Of a stretch of DNA of 32,000 bases, positions 1 to 8,639 are shown piece after piece. The stretch is from NCBI RefSeq assembly GCF_003945235.1, contig NZ_RSDW01000001.1, forward strand, positions 2,760,001 through 2,792,000, in the 5' to 3' direction. This stretch comes from Edaphobacter aggregans (GTDB lineage: Bacteria; Acidobacteriota; Terriglobia; Terriglobales; Acidobacteriaceae). The notes beneath the pieces were generated by a model, which was not told the origin of the DNA, did no database searches, and saw nothing but the letters and a program-made list of their open reading frames with translations. The translations under genes and the position numbers were made by a program. How positions within the stretch are numbered: position 1 is the stretch's first letter; the number at the start of each line of letters is the position of its first letter.

Positions 1-149
1 TCGAAAACGCAAACTCACAACAAGACCCCTTTGATCGTCAAAAAATAAGCACAACAAGACACGTGAACCATCCGCAACCATCAGCGCCACATCGTCGCGA
101 CACGCATCTTATTGACGTGGCGACAACATAGCTCGAATATTTTCTCTTT

Positions 150-1352
150 ATGGCTTCTATTCGAATCTACACTGTCTTCGCCTCCGCGATGTTAGCATTT
201 ACCTCCTCAGCAATCGCCCAGCAGGCCACCATGCCCACCAATCCCTACCTCAACCTCATGACCGCCGCCCACGACCACGCCAAAGTCCACGGCGCTCTCA
301 CTCCGGTCCTCTCGCCCGTCGACGCTACCCTCCTCACCGCCAATCCTCCCGTCGACGTCGCCCAGCTCCACAAAGCCGGCTTCCAGGTCGTTCCCTGGAC
401 CACCAACGACCCTGAAAAGATGCGCGCGCTCATCAACCTCCGCGTCGACGGCATCATCTCCGACCGCCCCGACCTCCTCCGCGCCGTCGTCAAAGAAGAA
501 GCCGCCGCCCACCCCGACGACGCCGCCTACTTCGCCACCTTCGACATCTCCGCGCATCGTGGAGGCCGCGGCCTGCGCCCCGAAAACACCCTACCCTCCT
601 TCGAGTCCGGCCTCGATCAGCTCAGCACCACCCTCGAGACCGACACCGGCGTCTCCACCGACCACGTCTCTCTCATCTGGCACGATCAGTTCTACAGCCC
701 GCAGTCCTGCCGCCGCGCCGACGGCTCCCCCTATACCCTCGAAAGCCGCGTCTACCTCCGCGACATCTCCAGCACCGAAGCCCAGCGCACCTTCATCTGC
801 GATAAGCTCCACACCCAGTTCCCCGACCAGAAGAACGACCTCGCCCTCTCGCCCGTGTCCGTGGCCTTCGCCCAACACGAGCACCTCATCAGCCCCTACG
901 TCCCCACCTACGTCGAGCAGCTCTTCCGCTTCACCGCCTTCTACGTCGACTACTACCGCAACGGCCCCGGCAAATCGCAGCCCAACGCAGCCGAGCGCGC
1001 CGCGAACGCCGAAAAGGTCCGCTTCAACATCGAAACCAAAATCCTCCCGCTCCCCAACGACGAACCCGGCAAGCCCTTGCCTACCGCAACCGGCGAGCCC
1101 ACCACCAACCACACCGTCGACCCGCAAACCTTCGTCACCACCCTAGCCGGAGCCATCGCACGCAACCACATGGAAGACCGCGCCGAAATCCAGAGCTTCG
1201 ACTTCCGCACCCTCATTCTCACCGAAGAGCAGTTCCCCAAGATCCCCACCTACTACCTCACCGCCAGCCCCAAAATGCTGAGCACGGAGTTTGTCCCCGC
1301 CGCCCTCCGCCAGACAACGCCAGCGAATCCGCAACGATCTGGAGCGAATTAA
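150..1352 (+). CDS. Secreted glycerophosphodiester phosphodiesterase (GDPD) family protein, apparently circularly permuted
   Basis: 400-aa ORF with a signal-peptide-like N-terminus (MASIRIYTVFASAMLAFTSSAIAQQ). The GDPD N-terminal catalytic motif lies mid-protein (SAHRGGRGLRPENTL...ETD...LIWHD). The motif that normally ends GDPD barrels (VVPWTTNDPEKMRALINLRVDGIISDRPDLL) sits near the N-terminus. Confidence 0.85.
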   Translation: MASIRIYTVFASAMLAFTSSAIAQQATMPTNPYLNLMTAAHDHAKVHGALTPVLSPVDATLLTANPPVDVAQLHKAGFQVVPWTTNDPEKMRALINLRVDGIISDRPDLLRAVVKEEAAAHPDDAAYFATFDISAHRGGRGLRPENTLPSFESGLDQLSTTLETDTGVSTDHVSLIWHDQFYSPQSCRRADGSPYTLESRVYLRDISSTEAQRTFICDKLHTQFPDQKNDLALSPVSVAFAQHEHLISPYVPTYVEQLFRFTAFYVDYYRNGPGKSQPNAAERAANAEKVRFNIETKILPLPNDEPGKPLPTATGEPTTNHTVDPQTFVTTLAGAIARNHMEDRAEIQSFDFRTLILTEEQFPKIPTYYLTASPKMLSTEFVPAALRQTTPANPQRSGAN

Positions 1353-1379
1353 AAGCTTCCGACCGGAGCAACAACCAAA

Positions 1380-2870
1380 CTACTTGCCGGTCTCGATCGC
1401 CAGACTATCGCGCGAGACCGGCGTTCCGTGAACCCAGACCGTGACGATGCTGTCGTACGCATCCACGCTCTCCAGCGGAGACTTCTTCAGCAGAACAAGA
1501 TTCGCAGTCTTTCCCGGCTCAATCGTTCCGAGTTGCCCATCGAGCTTGAACTCCCGCGCATTGCTGATCGTGGCCGCCTTGAAGATCTGTGCCAACGACA
1601 ATCCAGCCTTTTGCAGTTGCTGCATCTCAAGATAGCCATTCAACCCCGGAAGATTTCCATACGTCGGAGCCGACGGAGTGTCCGTGCCAAACAGAAAGTT
1701 GGCATCTTTACTGGCCAGATAAGCAACCACCTGACGCCCGTGCCGAAGCGGACCGTTGTCAAACGCCTGGGCCATGGCAGCGTCCGGTGTGTCGTCGTTC
1801 ACTAACTCTTTCTTGAACCCCTTACCTTCGGGAGTATTGAACCACGCCAGCATCGTGCCAGGCACAACCTTGGAGATAGCAGCCGTCTTCAGATATTCCG
1901 GGTCAAAATACGCGCGCAGACCCTCCAGCACCTGCAACGTGGCCTGATACCCAATCTTCTTTTCCACGATCCGATCGAGCAGCTGTTTGATCTCATCCGG
2001 CAGCTCCGTCTTTGTGTCGAGATCTCCCCAATTCCACATTCCATGCGCAATCACGTCGACATGGCCGTCGACAGCAAATCTCTGAGCCTCAAGCGAGTTG
2101 GCATGCATCATCAGCACAAGCCCGTCCTCAGTCGCATTCTTGCGAACGGCTGCAATGACATCAGCGCCCATCACGGGCAGGTTCCTGTCCCGCCCAAAGC
2201 CGCGCTCGTAAAAAGTCTTAACGCAAATCCCACCGGAACCCTTGACCCGAGCTACGTCCGCCGCAGGAGTGTGATCCTCCGGCTTATATTCGGACGGAAT
2301 ACTAGAAGCCTGCTTCGGATCGTAGATAAAGTTCGAAAACAATTTGAACCGCACATCAGGCGGCGAAAACGACATCGGATATCCATTCGCAAAAACCAAA
2401 GGCTCGCCACAGTCATACAAATCCGGATGCAGCGGCGCCTGACTGAAATCCTTCAACACCTGATGATCGAACACCGCCAGATCAACCACCGTGGTGTAAC
2501 CGTAGTAAAGGTAGGAGCGAGGGAGTTGCTGGTAATACGCCTTCACCATCTCCGCCTTGCCCGACTGATCACCCATGCCAGGAACAGACGCGAGGTGGAC
2601 ATGCGAATCAATCAGGCCCGGAATAAGATACTGTCCTTTGCCCGAAATCACCGTCGCGCCGGCAGGCGCCTTCGCCCCTTGTCTTCGTTCGACACGAACA
2701 ATGCGGCCATCCTCAATCAGCACGCTGCCCTTCTCAATATGATCGAGACTCTCCGGCGAGATGATCGTGACGTCAGCAATCCACGTTCGGCTCGCAGCCT
2801 GCTTCGAAGTCTGGCCCACAATCGCAGACACCGAGAAAAGCGACACAAATAGAATGGCGAATATTTTCAT
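1380..2870 (-). CDS. Secreted amidohydrolase-family metallohydrolase
   Basis: 496-aa ORF with an N-terminal signal-like segment (MKIFAILFVSLFSVSAIVGQ). It has the GLIDSHVHL metal-binding motif and C-terminal FGTDTP / WVHG motifs typical of the amidohydrolase superfamily. Confidence 0.85.
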   Translation of the reverse strand: MKIFAILFVSLFSVSAIVGQTSKQAASRTWIADVTIISPESLDHIEKGSVLIEDGRIVRVERRQGAKAPAGATVISGKGQYLIPGLIDSHVHLASVPGMGDQSGKAEMVKAYYQQLPRSYLYYGYTTVVDLAVFDHQVLKDFSQAPLHPDLYDCGEPLVFANGYPMSFSPPDVRFKLFSNFIYDPKQASSIPSEYKPEDHTPAADVARVKGSGGICVKTFYERGFGRDRNLPVMGADVIAAVRKNATEDGLVLMMHANSLEAQRFAVDGHVDVIAHGMWNWGDLDTKTELPDEIKQLLDRIVEKKIGYQATLQVLEGLRAYFDPEYLKTAAISKVVPGTMLAWFNTPEGKGFKKELVNDDTPDAAMAQAFDNGPLRHGRQVVAYLASKDANFLFGTDTPSAPTYGNLPGLNGYLEMQQLQKAGLSLAQIFKAATISNAREFKLDGQLGTIEPGKTANLVLLKKSPLESVDAYDSIVTVWVHGTPVSRDSLAIETGK

Positions 2871-2974
2871 CCGGTGCTGCTGCTCCTTTGTGCGTTTTGT
2901 GCCCTGCGACTAAAAGTCGATGTCATTACACATACGAACACAGCGGGGCAAAGTTCCATGAACACCCACAAACC

Positions 2975-3946
2975 TTAACCAGGAATGAGTAGAACCTTCC
3001 CAATCACCTGCCTGCTCTCGAGGAGACGGTGCGCCTCCGCACCGTCACTCAAGGCAAAGCTCTTCGCCACCTGAACCCGTAGCTTTCCCGCCGAGATCAT
3101 CGCAAACAACGCGTTCGACCTCGCGATTCGCTCCTCCGCACTCGTCAGCACATTCCAAAGATCGCCTCCGGTCAGCGACTTCGACTCATCCATCAACAAG
3201 CGCGGATCCACTGGCGCAGGATCTCCCCCAGACATCCCATAAAACACCACATGCCCACCCATCCGAGCAACACGAAGACTATCGCGAAGCGTAATCCCCA
3301 CCGAGTCATACACCACATCAAAGCCCAGTCCGCCCGGAGTAGCTGCCCGACCCACATCAACCCAATCCGAACCCGATAGCAGCACCAAATCAGCCCCCGC
3401 CTCGAGAACCGCCCGACGCTTCAACTCCGTCGAAACCAGCCCCACAACAAACGCTCCCTCACTCTTCGCCAGCTGCGTCAGGTACAAACCCACTCCCCCC
3501 GCCGCCGCATGAACAAGCACACTCTCCCCCTTCACCAGCCGATGACTATCGCGCAAAAGATACTGCGCAGTGAGCCCTTGAAGCAGAACCGCCGAGGCCG
3601 ACTCAAACGAGATGTCATCAGGCAGCCGGATCAAATGGTCGAGCGGAACCGCAACATACTCCGCGTTCGCGTGCGGAGAGTCCGCAAAAGCCACACGGTC
3701 CCCCACCTTATAGCGCGTGTCGTCTGCGTTGATCGCCACAACAACACCCGCACCCTCATACCCCAGAACGTAAGGCGGATCTCCAACCAGGTGGTAGTTT
3801 CCCCTTCGCCGATAGATATCAGCAAAGTTCAACCCAATAGCCTTCATGCGAATCAGCGCCTGCCCCACACCCAACACAGGCTCATCGATCTCCCGATACC
3901 GCAGAACGTCGGCGTCCCCAAACGAGTCAAAGACAAGCGCCTTCAT
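2975..3946 (-). CDS. NADPH:quinone oxidoreductase / zinc-type alcohol dehydrogenase-like (MDR family)
   Basis: The protein from M17 (MKALVFDSFGDADVL...) matches the Qor/zeta-crystallin pattern (GLNFADIYRRRGNY, AAAGGVGL Rossmann motif). The 16 upstream codons of the tracked ORF run into an interspersed repeat, so I prefer the ATG at 3946. Confidence 0.85.
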   Translation of the reverse strand: MKALVFDSFGDADVLRYREIDEPVLGVGQALIRMKAIGLNFADIYRRRGNYHLVGDPPYVLGYEGAGVVVAINADDTRYKVGDRVAFADSPHANAEYVAVPLDHLIRLPDDISFESASAVLLQGLTAQYLLRDSHRLVKGESVLVHAAAGGVGLYLTQLAKSEGAFVVGLVSTELKRRAVLEAGADLVLLSGSDWVDVGRAATPGGLGFDVVYDSVGITLRDSLRVARMGGHVVFYGMSGGDPAPVDPRLLMDESKSLTGGDLWNVLTSAEERIARSNALFAMISAGKLRVQVAKSFALSDGAEAHRLLESRQVIGKVLLIPG

Positions 3947-3988
3947 GGCTCTAATCTTCTCACTCGCCCCAATGCCTTGGTAAGAAAC

Positions 3989-4050
3989 CGTCATTCTGAG
4001 CGGAGCGAAGAATCCCTGTATTCGCTCGAAGCGCCAAGGTTCTACTTAGG
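3989..4050 (+). repeat. Interspersed repeat family A, copy 1 (CGTCATTCTGAGCGRAGCGAARAATCCCTGTATT...GGTTCTA)
   Basis: A near-identical copy lies at 6731-6796 in the same orientation. It contains the internal hairpin ATTCT-(11 nt)-AGAAT. It is intergenic, between the qor-like start and the stop of the next gene. Confidence 0.8.
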
Positions 4051-4053
4051 CAA

Positions 4054-4518
4054 TTACTCGCCCGTTCCCTTCGGCTGCGGCTGAGGAGCATACCGAATAT
4101 CCAGCCAATCTTTATCGCAGCACTCATGCAGAGAGTCAGCAACAGCGTTGAAGTTCACGTCTGGCTCTAAATCAATCGCAAATAATGTCTTGCCAGAACC
4201 CTCATAGGTAGCCCCAAGCTTATTGATGTGGCTGAGCACGTCGTCTTTTTGCGGCAATCCTTTCTCAAGGAACACCACGTGAATTGAGCGATGGCCGCCT
4301 CGTTTAACAACTTCTACAAATTGCGGCTTCTTATCCTCATCGGGCGGGACAGCTTTCACAATATCCATGTAATTGATTTCGAGTGTGTGCCATGGTGAAT
4401 TGTGAACCTCGTATAAATCCTCGCCAACATTGACCGCCCACAGGCCTTCTCCACCGACACCGTCTTCGGCATCCGGTAGGTCAACGACGATCTTCACATA
4501 CTTATCCTCTGACTCCAA
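4054..4518 (-). CDS. DUF4265-like hypothetical protein (possible immunity-type protein)
   Basis: 154-aa ORF with the pattern GEGLWAV..GEDLYEVHNSPWH...YMDIV...VVKRGGHRSIHVVF, which I recall from DUF4265. It starts at TTG 4518 (GGAG 7 nt upstream) or GTG 4497 (GAGGA 7 nt upstream). It is visibly more AT-rich than its neighbours. Confidence 0.6.
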   Translation of the reverse strand: MESEDKYVKIVVDLPDAEDGVGGEGLWAVNVGEDLYEVHNSPWHTLEINYMDIVKAVPPDEDKKPQFVEVVKRGGHRSIHVVFLEKGLPQKDDVLSHINKLGATYEGSGKTLFAIDLEPDVNFNAVADSLHECCDKDWLDIRYAPQPQPKGTGE

Positions 4519-4545
4519 AAAGAGACTCCGTGAAATTTTTCTTAG

Positions 4546-5688
4546 TTAAAACAGACTCAACTTCCTCGGCATCTCGATCCCCAGATGCTCATAAGCCAGC
4601 CGAGTAGCAACGCGCCCCCGCGGAGTCCGATCCAGAAACCCAATCTGAATCAGAAACGGCTCATACACCTCTTCCAACGCATCCTGCTCCTCCGCAAGTG
4701 CTGCAGCTAAAGTGTTTAGCCCCACCGGCCCGCCATCATACTTCTCAATAATCGTCCGCAGCAGCCGCCGATCCAGCTCATCGAAACCATGAGCATCCAC
4801 CTCCAGCAACGACAGCGCCGCATTCGCCGTAGGCCGATCAATCACGCCCTGCCCCCGCACCTGCGCATAGTCCCGCACGCGCCTTAGCAGCCGATTCGCA
4901 ATCCTGGGCGTCCCCCGCGACCGCATCGCAATCTCCGCCGCACCATCGCGATCAATCGGCACCCCCAACACCTCGGCCGACCGCTCCACCACAAACCGAA
5001 GCTCATCGTCCGTATAAAACTCCAGCCGCAACAAAATCCCAAACCGCGACCGCAGCGGCGACGAAAGCAACCCCGGTCGAGTCGTGGCCGCCACAAAAGT
5101 AAACGGGCGAATCTCCATCACATGCGTCCGCGCCGCCGGTCCCTGCCCAATAATGATGTCGAGCTTGTAGTCCTCCAGAGCCGTATACAGCTTCTCCTCA
5201 AGCACCGGCTGCAATCGATGAATCTCATCCAGAAACAGCACCTGCTTCTCCCGCAGGTTCGTCAGAATCGCTGTCAGATCGCCCTGAATCTGCAGCGCCG
5301 GCCCACTCGTCTGCTGATACCCCACGCCCAGCTCATTCGCAATAATCGTCGCCAGCGTAGTCTTCCCCAACCCCGGAGGCCCAAACAGCAGCACATGATC
5401 CAGCGCCTCCCCACGCGACTTCGCCGCCTCCAGCGCAATCGCCAGCTGCTCCTTGGCCTTCGTCTGCCCGATGAACTCCTGCAGCCGAGCAGGCCGTAGC
5501 TTCAGCTCAAACGCCGCATCATCGTCCACCTTGCCAGCCGAGACCAGCCGCTCCGCCTCGGCGCTCGCACCGCGGTTCAAATCAATCTTCGTCTTGTTCT
5601 TTGGGAAGTCCACTACGGCGATAGTAAGGCGAAACCAGCCGCGAAGCAAAGTGTATTGCGAGTATCCTGTCTCACCAAGAGGCTCCAT
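4546..5688 (-). CDS. ruvB: Holliday junction branch migration DNA helicase RuvB
   Basis: Strong RuvB signature: Walker [21 protein letters not shown], and the full-length pattern RLVSAG...LRP..L.EFIGQ. The N-terminus is about 40 aa longer than typical RuvB. The true start may be the in-frame GTG at 5613 or TTG at 5580. Confidence 0.93.
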   Translation of the reverse strand: MEPLGETGYSQYTLLRGWFRLTIAVVDFPKNKTKIDLNRGASAEAERLVSAGKVDDDAAFELKLRPARLQEFIGQTKAKEQLAIALEAAKSRGEALDHVLLFGPPGLGKTTLATIIANELGVGYQQTSGPALQIQGDLTAILTNLREKQVLFLDEIHRLQPVLEEKLYTALEDYKLDIIIGQGPAARTHVMEIRPFTFVAATTRPGLLSSPLRSRFGILLRLEFYTDDELRFVVERSAEVLGVPIDRDGAAEIAMRSRGTPRIANRLLRRVRDYAQVRGQGVIDRPTANAALSLLEVDAHGFDELDRRLLRTIIEKYDGGPVGLNTLAAALAEEQDALEEVYEPFLIQIGFLDRTPRGRVATRLAYEHLGIEMPRKLSLF

Positions 5689-6685
5689 GGCTACTCACAC
5701 AACCCTCTACACCTCAGGCGCCGATCTCTACGGCCTCGACGGTAAAAAGATTACCCTTCGCGGGGTCAATTATCCTCTCCTCGACGACTGGAACTTCCCC
5801 GGCAAAGATTCTCTTGCTGAAATCGCGAAGACCGGAGCCAACGCCGTCCGCATCCAGTGGTACGTAAACTACGGCAGCCCCAATCGGCCCAAATACTCCC
5901 TCAACGATCTCGACTCCTTCCTGCTCCGCTGCGCCACCGCCGGCATGATCCCCATCCTCATGCTCTCCGACCTCACCTGCGCATCCGACGCCGGTCTCGT
6001 CAATTCAAAGCTCATCCCCTGGTGGACCTCCGCCAGCGTCGTCAAAGTCCTCCAAAAGCATGCGAAATATATCATCCTCAACCTCGCCAATGAGGTCGGC
6101 TTCTATCGTTGGGCCGATAACCAAAAAACCGCCCTCGCCTCCTACATCGCAGCCTATAAAACCGCTGTCGCCAGCATCCGCCGGGCAGGCCTCACCGTTC
6201 CTCTCATGATCGACGCGCCTGACTGCGGAACCTCACTCGATGCCTTCCTCACCGCCGGCCCACAGCTCATCACCGCCGACCCCAATCACAATCTTCTCTT
6301 CAGCGCCCATGCCTATTGGGCAGCCTACGACGGCCTCTTGTTCATCCCCAGGTGCATCGCAGCCAAACTGCCCATCGTCTTCGGCGAAGTAGCCAACAAG
6401 CAGGACGAGCAGGTCAACGGCACCACCGCCTACTGCTACTACGATCTCGACGGCACCCACGTCGGTCCCGGAAAAACCAACGGCTTCACGTACCAGTCGC
6501 TGCTGACCCTCCTGCAGAAAGATGGGTTGAGCTGGCTCGTCTGGTCATGGGGACCGGACAACTGCGCCGCCCGTCAGTTAAGCACCAACAGCACCTTCGC
6601 CTCGCTCTCAACCTTCGGCCAAGACATCGTTCACAACCCCACCTACGGCCTCATCGCAACCGCCCACCGCTCCAAACTTCTGTGA
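5687..6685 (+). CDS. Glycoside hydrolase family 5 (endo-beta-mannanase-like), no signal peptide
   Basis: The start is taken at ATG 5687 (AAGAGG 4 nt upstream). The tracked ORF from 5453 is an antisense read-through of ruvB. Motifs are LRGVNY, the NLANEV acid/base and the FGEVA nucleophile, typical of GH5. Confidence 0.8.
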   Translation: MATHTTLYTSGADLYGLDGKKITLRGVNYPLLDDWNFPGKDSLAEIAKTGANAVRIQWYVNYGSPNRPKYSLNDLDSFLLRCATAGMIPILMLSDLTCASDAGLVNSKLIPWWTSASVVKVLQKHAKYIILNLANEVGFYRWADNQKTALASYIAAYKTAVASIRRAGLTVPLMIDAPDCGTSLDAFLTAGPQLITADPNHNLLFSAHAYWAAYDGLLFIPRCIAAKLPIVFGEVANKQDEQVNGTTAYCYYDLDGTHVGPGKTNGFTYQSLLTLLQKDGLSWLVWSWGPDNCAARQLSTNSTFASLSTFGQDIVHNPTYGLIATAHRSKLL

Positions 6686-6730
6686 GCGGCGAACATTGGC
6701 TCACTAACATGTGAATCGAGAATAAAGCGC

Positions 6731-6796
6731 CGTCATTCTGAGCGAAGCGAAAAATCCCTGTATTTTGCTAATGCCAGCACGGTTCTAACTACAAGG
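6731..6796 (+). repeat. Interspersed repeat family A, copy 2
   Basis: CGTCATTCTGAGCGAAGCGAAAAATCCCTGTATTTTGCTAATGCCAGCACGGTTCTAACTACAAGG aligns with 3989-4050. It is intergenic, between convergent GH5 and GH27 genes. Confidence 0.8.
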
Positions 6797-6853
6797 AAGC
6801 CCTACATCAATACGAGCGACCAGCCAAGCATCCGTTAGTAAAATTCGCCCTTT

Positions 6854-8197
6854 CTACTTCTTCAACTCCAACAACAAAACCCCATGCGGAGCCACCACAC
6901 CCATCACCTTCCCAACCTTCCCCAAATCCTTCTTCTCCCAAACATCCCGCGCCGCATACTTCTCCGCAGCTAACCCAAACTTCGCAAACGGAGCTTCCAC
7001 CCTCACCTCCGCATCTCCCAAATTAAACAGCGCAAGATACTCCTGCCCGCGATCCCCCTTCGAAGCCCACGCGACCAAATCGCTATCCTCACTCACCAAA
7101 CGCTGCTCACGCCCCCGCTGATTCATCGCCATGACCTCAGTATTCGTCACCAGCGATTCCAGCCACCCATCCATCTGCGTCAAATTCGCCCCCAGAAACA
7201 GCGGCGACCGAGCAATCGCCCAAAGCGTCACCATCGTCCTCTGCTCATCCTTCGTCAGCCGAGTATCTCGCTCCTTACCATCCCCCGGAACCGGTCCCAG
7301 ATGCCCCAGCGGCAGCATATCCGCATCAGGCCAGTTCCCCGGCCGCACAAACTTCTGCCAGCTCGCAATCACCGGAAACTGCGCCTTCAAACTCTGCGAC
7401 CACTCCTTGCCCTTCTCCCACCTGTCCCACACATCATCCGAGATCCGCCACAGCTGCGCATTCTCTCCCACCAGCGCTGCATTCTCCAGAGCCGTCGGCC
7501 CGGGCGAAAGGCTCAGCACAACCGGCCGCCCCGTCTTCACAATCGCCCGATGAATCATCTGAATCTCCGCGCCCTTGAACGGATGCGAAGCAATGCAATC
7601 CACCTTCACATAATCCACGCCCCATCCTGCATACTGCTTCATCAGAGCGTCATACCAGGCCTGCCCCGCGGCATTATCCTTCACGCCAAAATTGTCCGGA
7701 TTCCACGGACACACATCCGCCATATCCGCCGCTTCACTCGCGCGAAACGCACTTCCTGCAATCACCGTATCCGCCGCAACCGTCTTCTTCGGAATCCCCC
7801 GAATAATATGAATCCCAAACTTCAACCCCTGCGCGTGAACCGCATCACTCAGCGGCTTGAACCCAGCATTCGCCGCCGAAGGAAATCGATTCACCGCTGG
7901 CATGTACTGCCCTTCGGCATTTGCGGTATACACCAGCGTCTCCGGCTTCCCCGCACTCTCCGGATTCCGCAGATACCAACCCTCATCCACCACCACATAC
8001 TGCCATCCAAACGCCTTCAGCTTCGCGGCCATCACATCCGCGTTCGCGCGAAACTGCGCCTCCGTCACCGTCAGCCCATACGAGTCCCAGCTATTCCACC
8101 CCATCGGCGGAGTCGGCGCCAGCACCTTCTCCTGCGCATCAACCGCCGCAACCAGACTCACCGCAAGCAAAGCCGCGAAAATCCGCTTCATCCACAT
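6854..8197 (-). CDS. Secreted alpha-galactosidase, glycoside hydrolase family 27
   Basis: Motifs PPMGWNSWDSYG, EGWY and the DYVKVDC catalytic region. The signal peptide MWMKRIFAALLAVSLVAAVDAQ begins at M34 (8197) or M36 (8191). The longer tracked start at 8296 would overrun the padR promoter region. Confidence 0.88.
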   Translation of the reverse strand: MWMKRIFAALLAVSLVAAVDAQEKVLAPTPPMGWNSWDSYGLTVTEAQFRANADVMAAKLKAFGWQYVVVDEGWYLRNPESAGKPETLVYTANAEGQYMPAVNRFPSAANAGFKPLSDAVHAQGLKFGIHIIRGIPKKTVAADTVIAGSAFRASEAADMADVCPWNPDNFGVKDNAAGQAWYDALMKQYAGWGVDYVKVDCIASHPFKGAEIQMIHRAIVKTGRPVVLSLSPGPTALENAALVGENAQLWRISDDVWDRWEKGKEWSQSLKAQFPVIASWQKFVRPGNWPDADMLPLGHLGPVPGDGKERDTRLTKDEQRTMVTLWAIARSPLFLGANLTQMDGWLESLVTNTEVMAMNQRGREQRLVSEDSDLVAWASKGDRGQEYLALFNLGDAEVRVEAPFAKFGLAAEKYAARDVWEKKDLGKVGKVMGVVAPHGVLLLELKK

Positions 8198-8245
8198 GCG
8201 GACAACAATACCACCACAAAATTCTCCCACTCCAAAGAGAACCCC

Positions 8246-8292
8246 TTGACAACTAGGTATACTCGCCATAATCTTCTTCCCTAGATATCTAG
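8246..8292 (+). promoter_or_regulatory. Candidate sigma70-type promoter plus perfect 12-bp palindrome upstream of padR
   Basis: TTGACA at 8246-8251. The -10 candidates are CATAAT at 8267-8272 (15-nt spacer) or TAATCT at 8269-8274 (17-nt spacer). The perfect palindrome CTAGATATCTAG at 8281-8292 lies 12 nt before the padR ATG. Confidence 0.4.
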
Positions 8293-8304
8293 GCATGGTG
8301 ATCT

Positions 8305-8631
8305 ATGGCGAAGAACGACCTCCAGGGAACCCTCGATCTCCTCATCCTCAAGAGCCTCGCGCAAACCAGTTCCATGCACGGCTACGGAATCGTCCTCCAC
8401 ATCGAAAAGGTCTCCGGCGAACTCCTCCGCATCGAAGAAGGCTCTCTCTATCCCGCACTACATCGCATGGAACAAAACCTCTGGATACGTTCCACATGGG
8501 CCCTCACCGAGACCAATCGTCGAGCGAAGTTCTACTCCCTCACGCCAACCGGAAGAAAGCAGCTCGCGATAGCAGAAAAAAGTTGGGAACAAACCGTAAA
8601 GGGTGTACAGGCAGTAATGCGATTCGCATGA
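8305..8631 (+). CDS. PadR-family transcriptional regulator (acidobacterial type)
   Basis: 108-aa protein with the winged-helix PadR pattern LLILKSL...MHGYGI...EGSLYPALHRME...W..TE.NRRAKFYSLTPTGRKQL. Its stop lies 8 nt before the permease gene, with GAGGTG in between. Confidence 0.9.
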   Translation: MAKNDLQGTLDLLILKSLAQTSSMHGYGIVLHIEKVSGELLRIEEGSLYPALHRMEQNLWIRSTWALTETNRRAKFYSLTPTGRKQLAIAEKSWEQTVKGVQAVMRFA

Positions 8632-8639
8632 GGTGAACG

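Noticed and set aside
112-141. Possible promoter TTGACG (112-117) with an A/T-rich -10 region (AATATT, 136-141) that would make the GDPD mRNA nearly leaderless (ATG at 150)
   Set aside because: The -10 match is weak and the spacer (18 nt) is ambiguous. There is no supporting evidence, so it is not listed as a feature.
5453-5686. N-terminal 78-codon extension of the GH5 ORF. Similar tracked extensions affect osmC (30486-30572), the DUF1761-like gene (30534-30863), the antitoxin (28861-29085), GH27 (8198-8296) and the qor-like gene (3947-3994).
   Set aside because: The extensions overlap neighbouring genes or repeats and have no family-consistent sequence. Internal ATGs with Shine-Dalgarno-like sequences give proteins of canonical length.
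7301-8284. Long antisense ORFs opposite real genes. Examples are 7301-8284(+), 2043-2852(+), 11907-12695(+), 12883-13491(-), 15162-15800(-), 22478-23584(+), 25964-26755(+) and 28040-28789(-).
   Set aside because: These are typical high-GC shadow ORFs. Their translations are Arg/Pro/His- or Gly/Asp/Val-rich low-complexity strings with no motifs. Each lies fully inside a confidently identified gene on the other strand.
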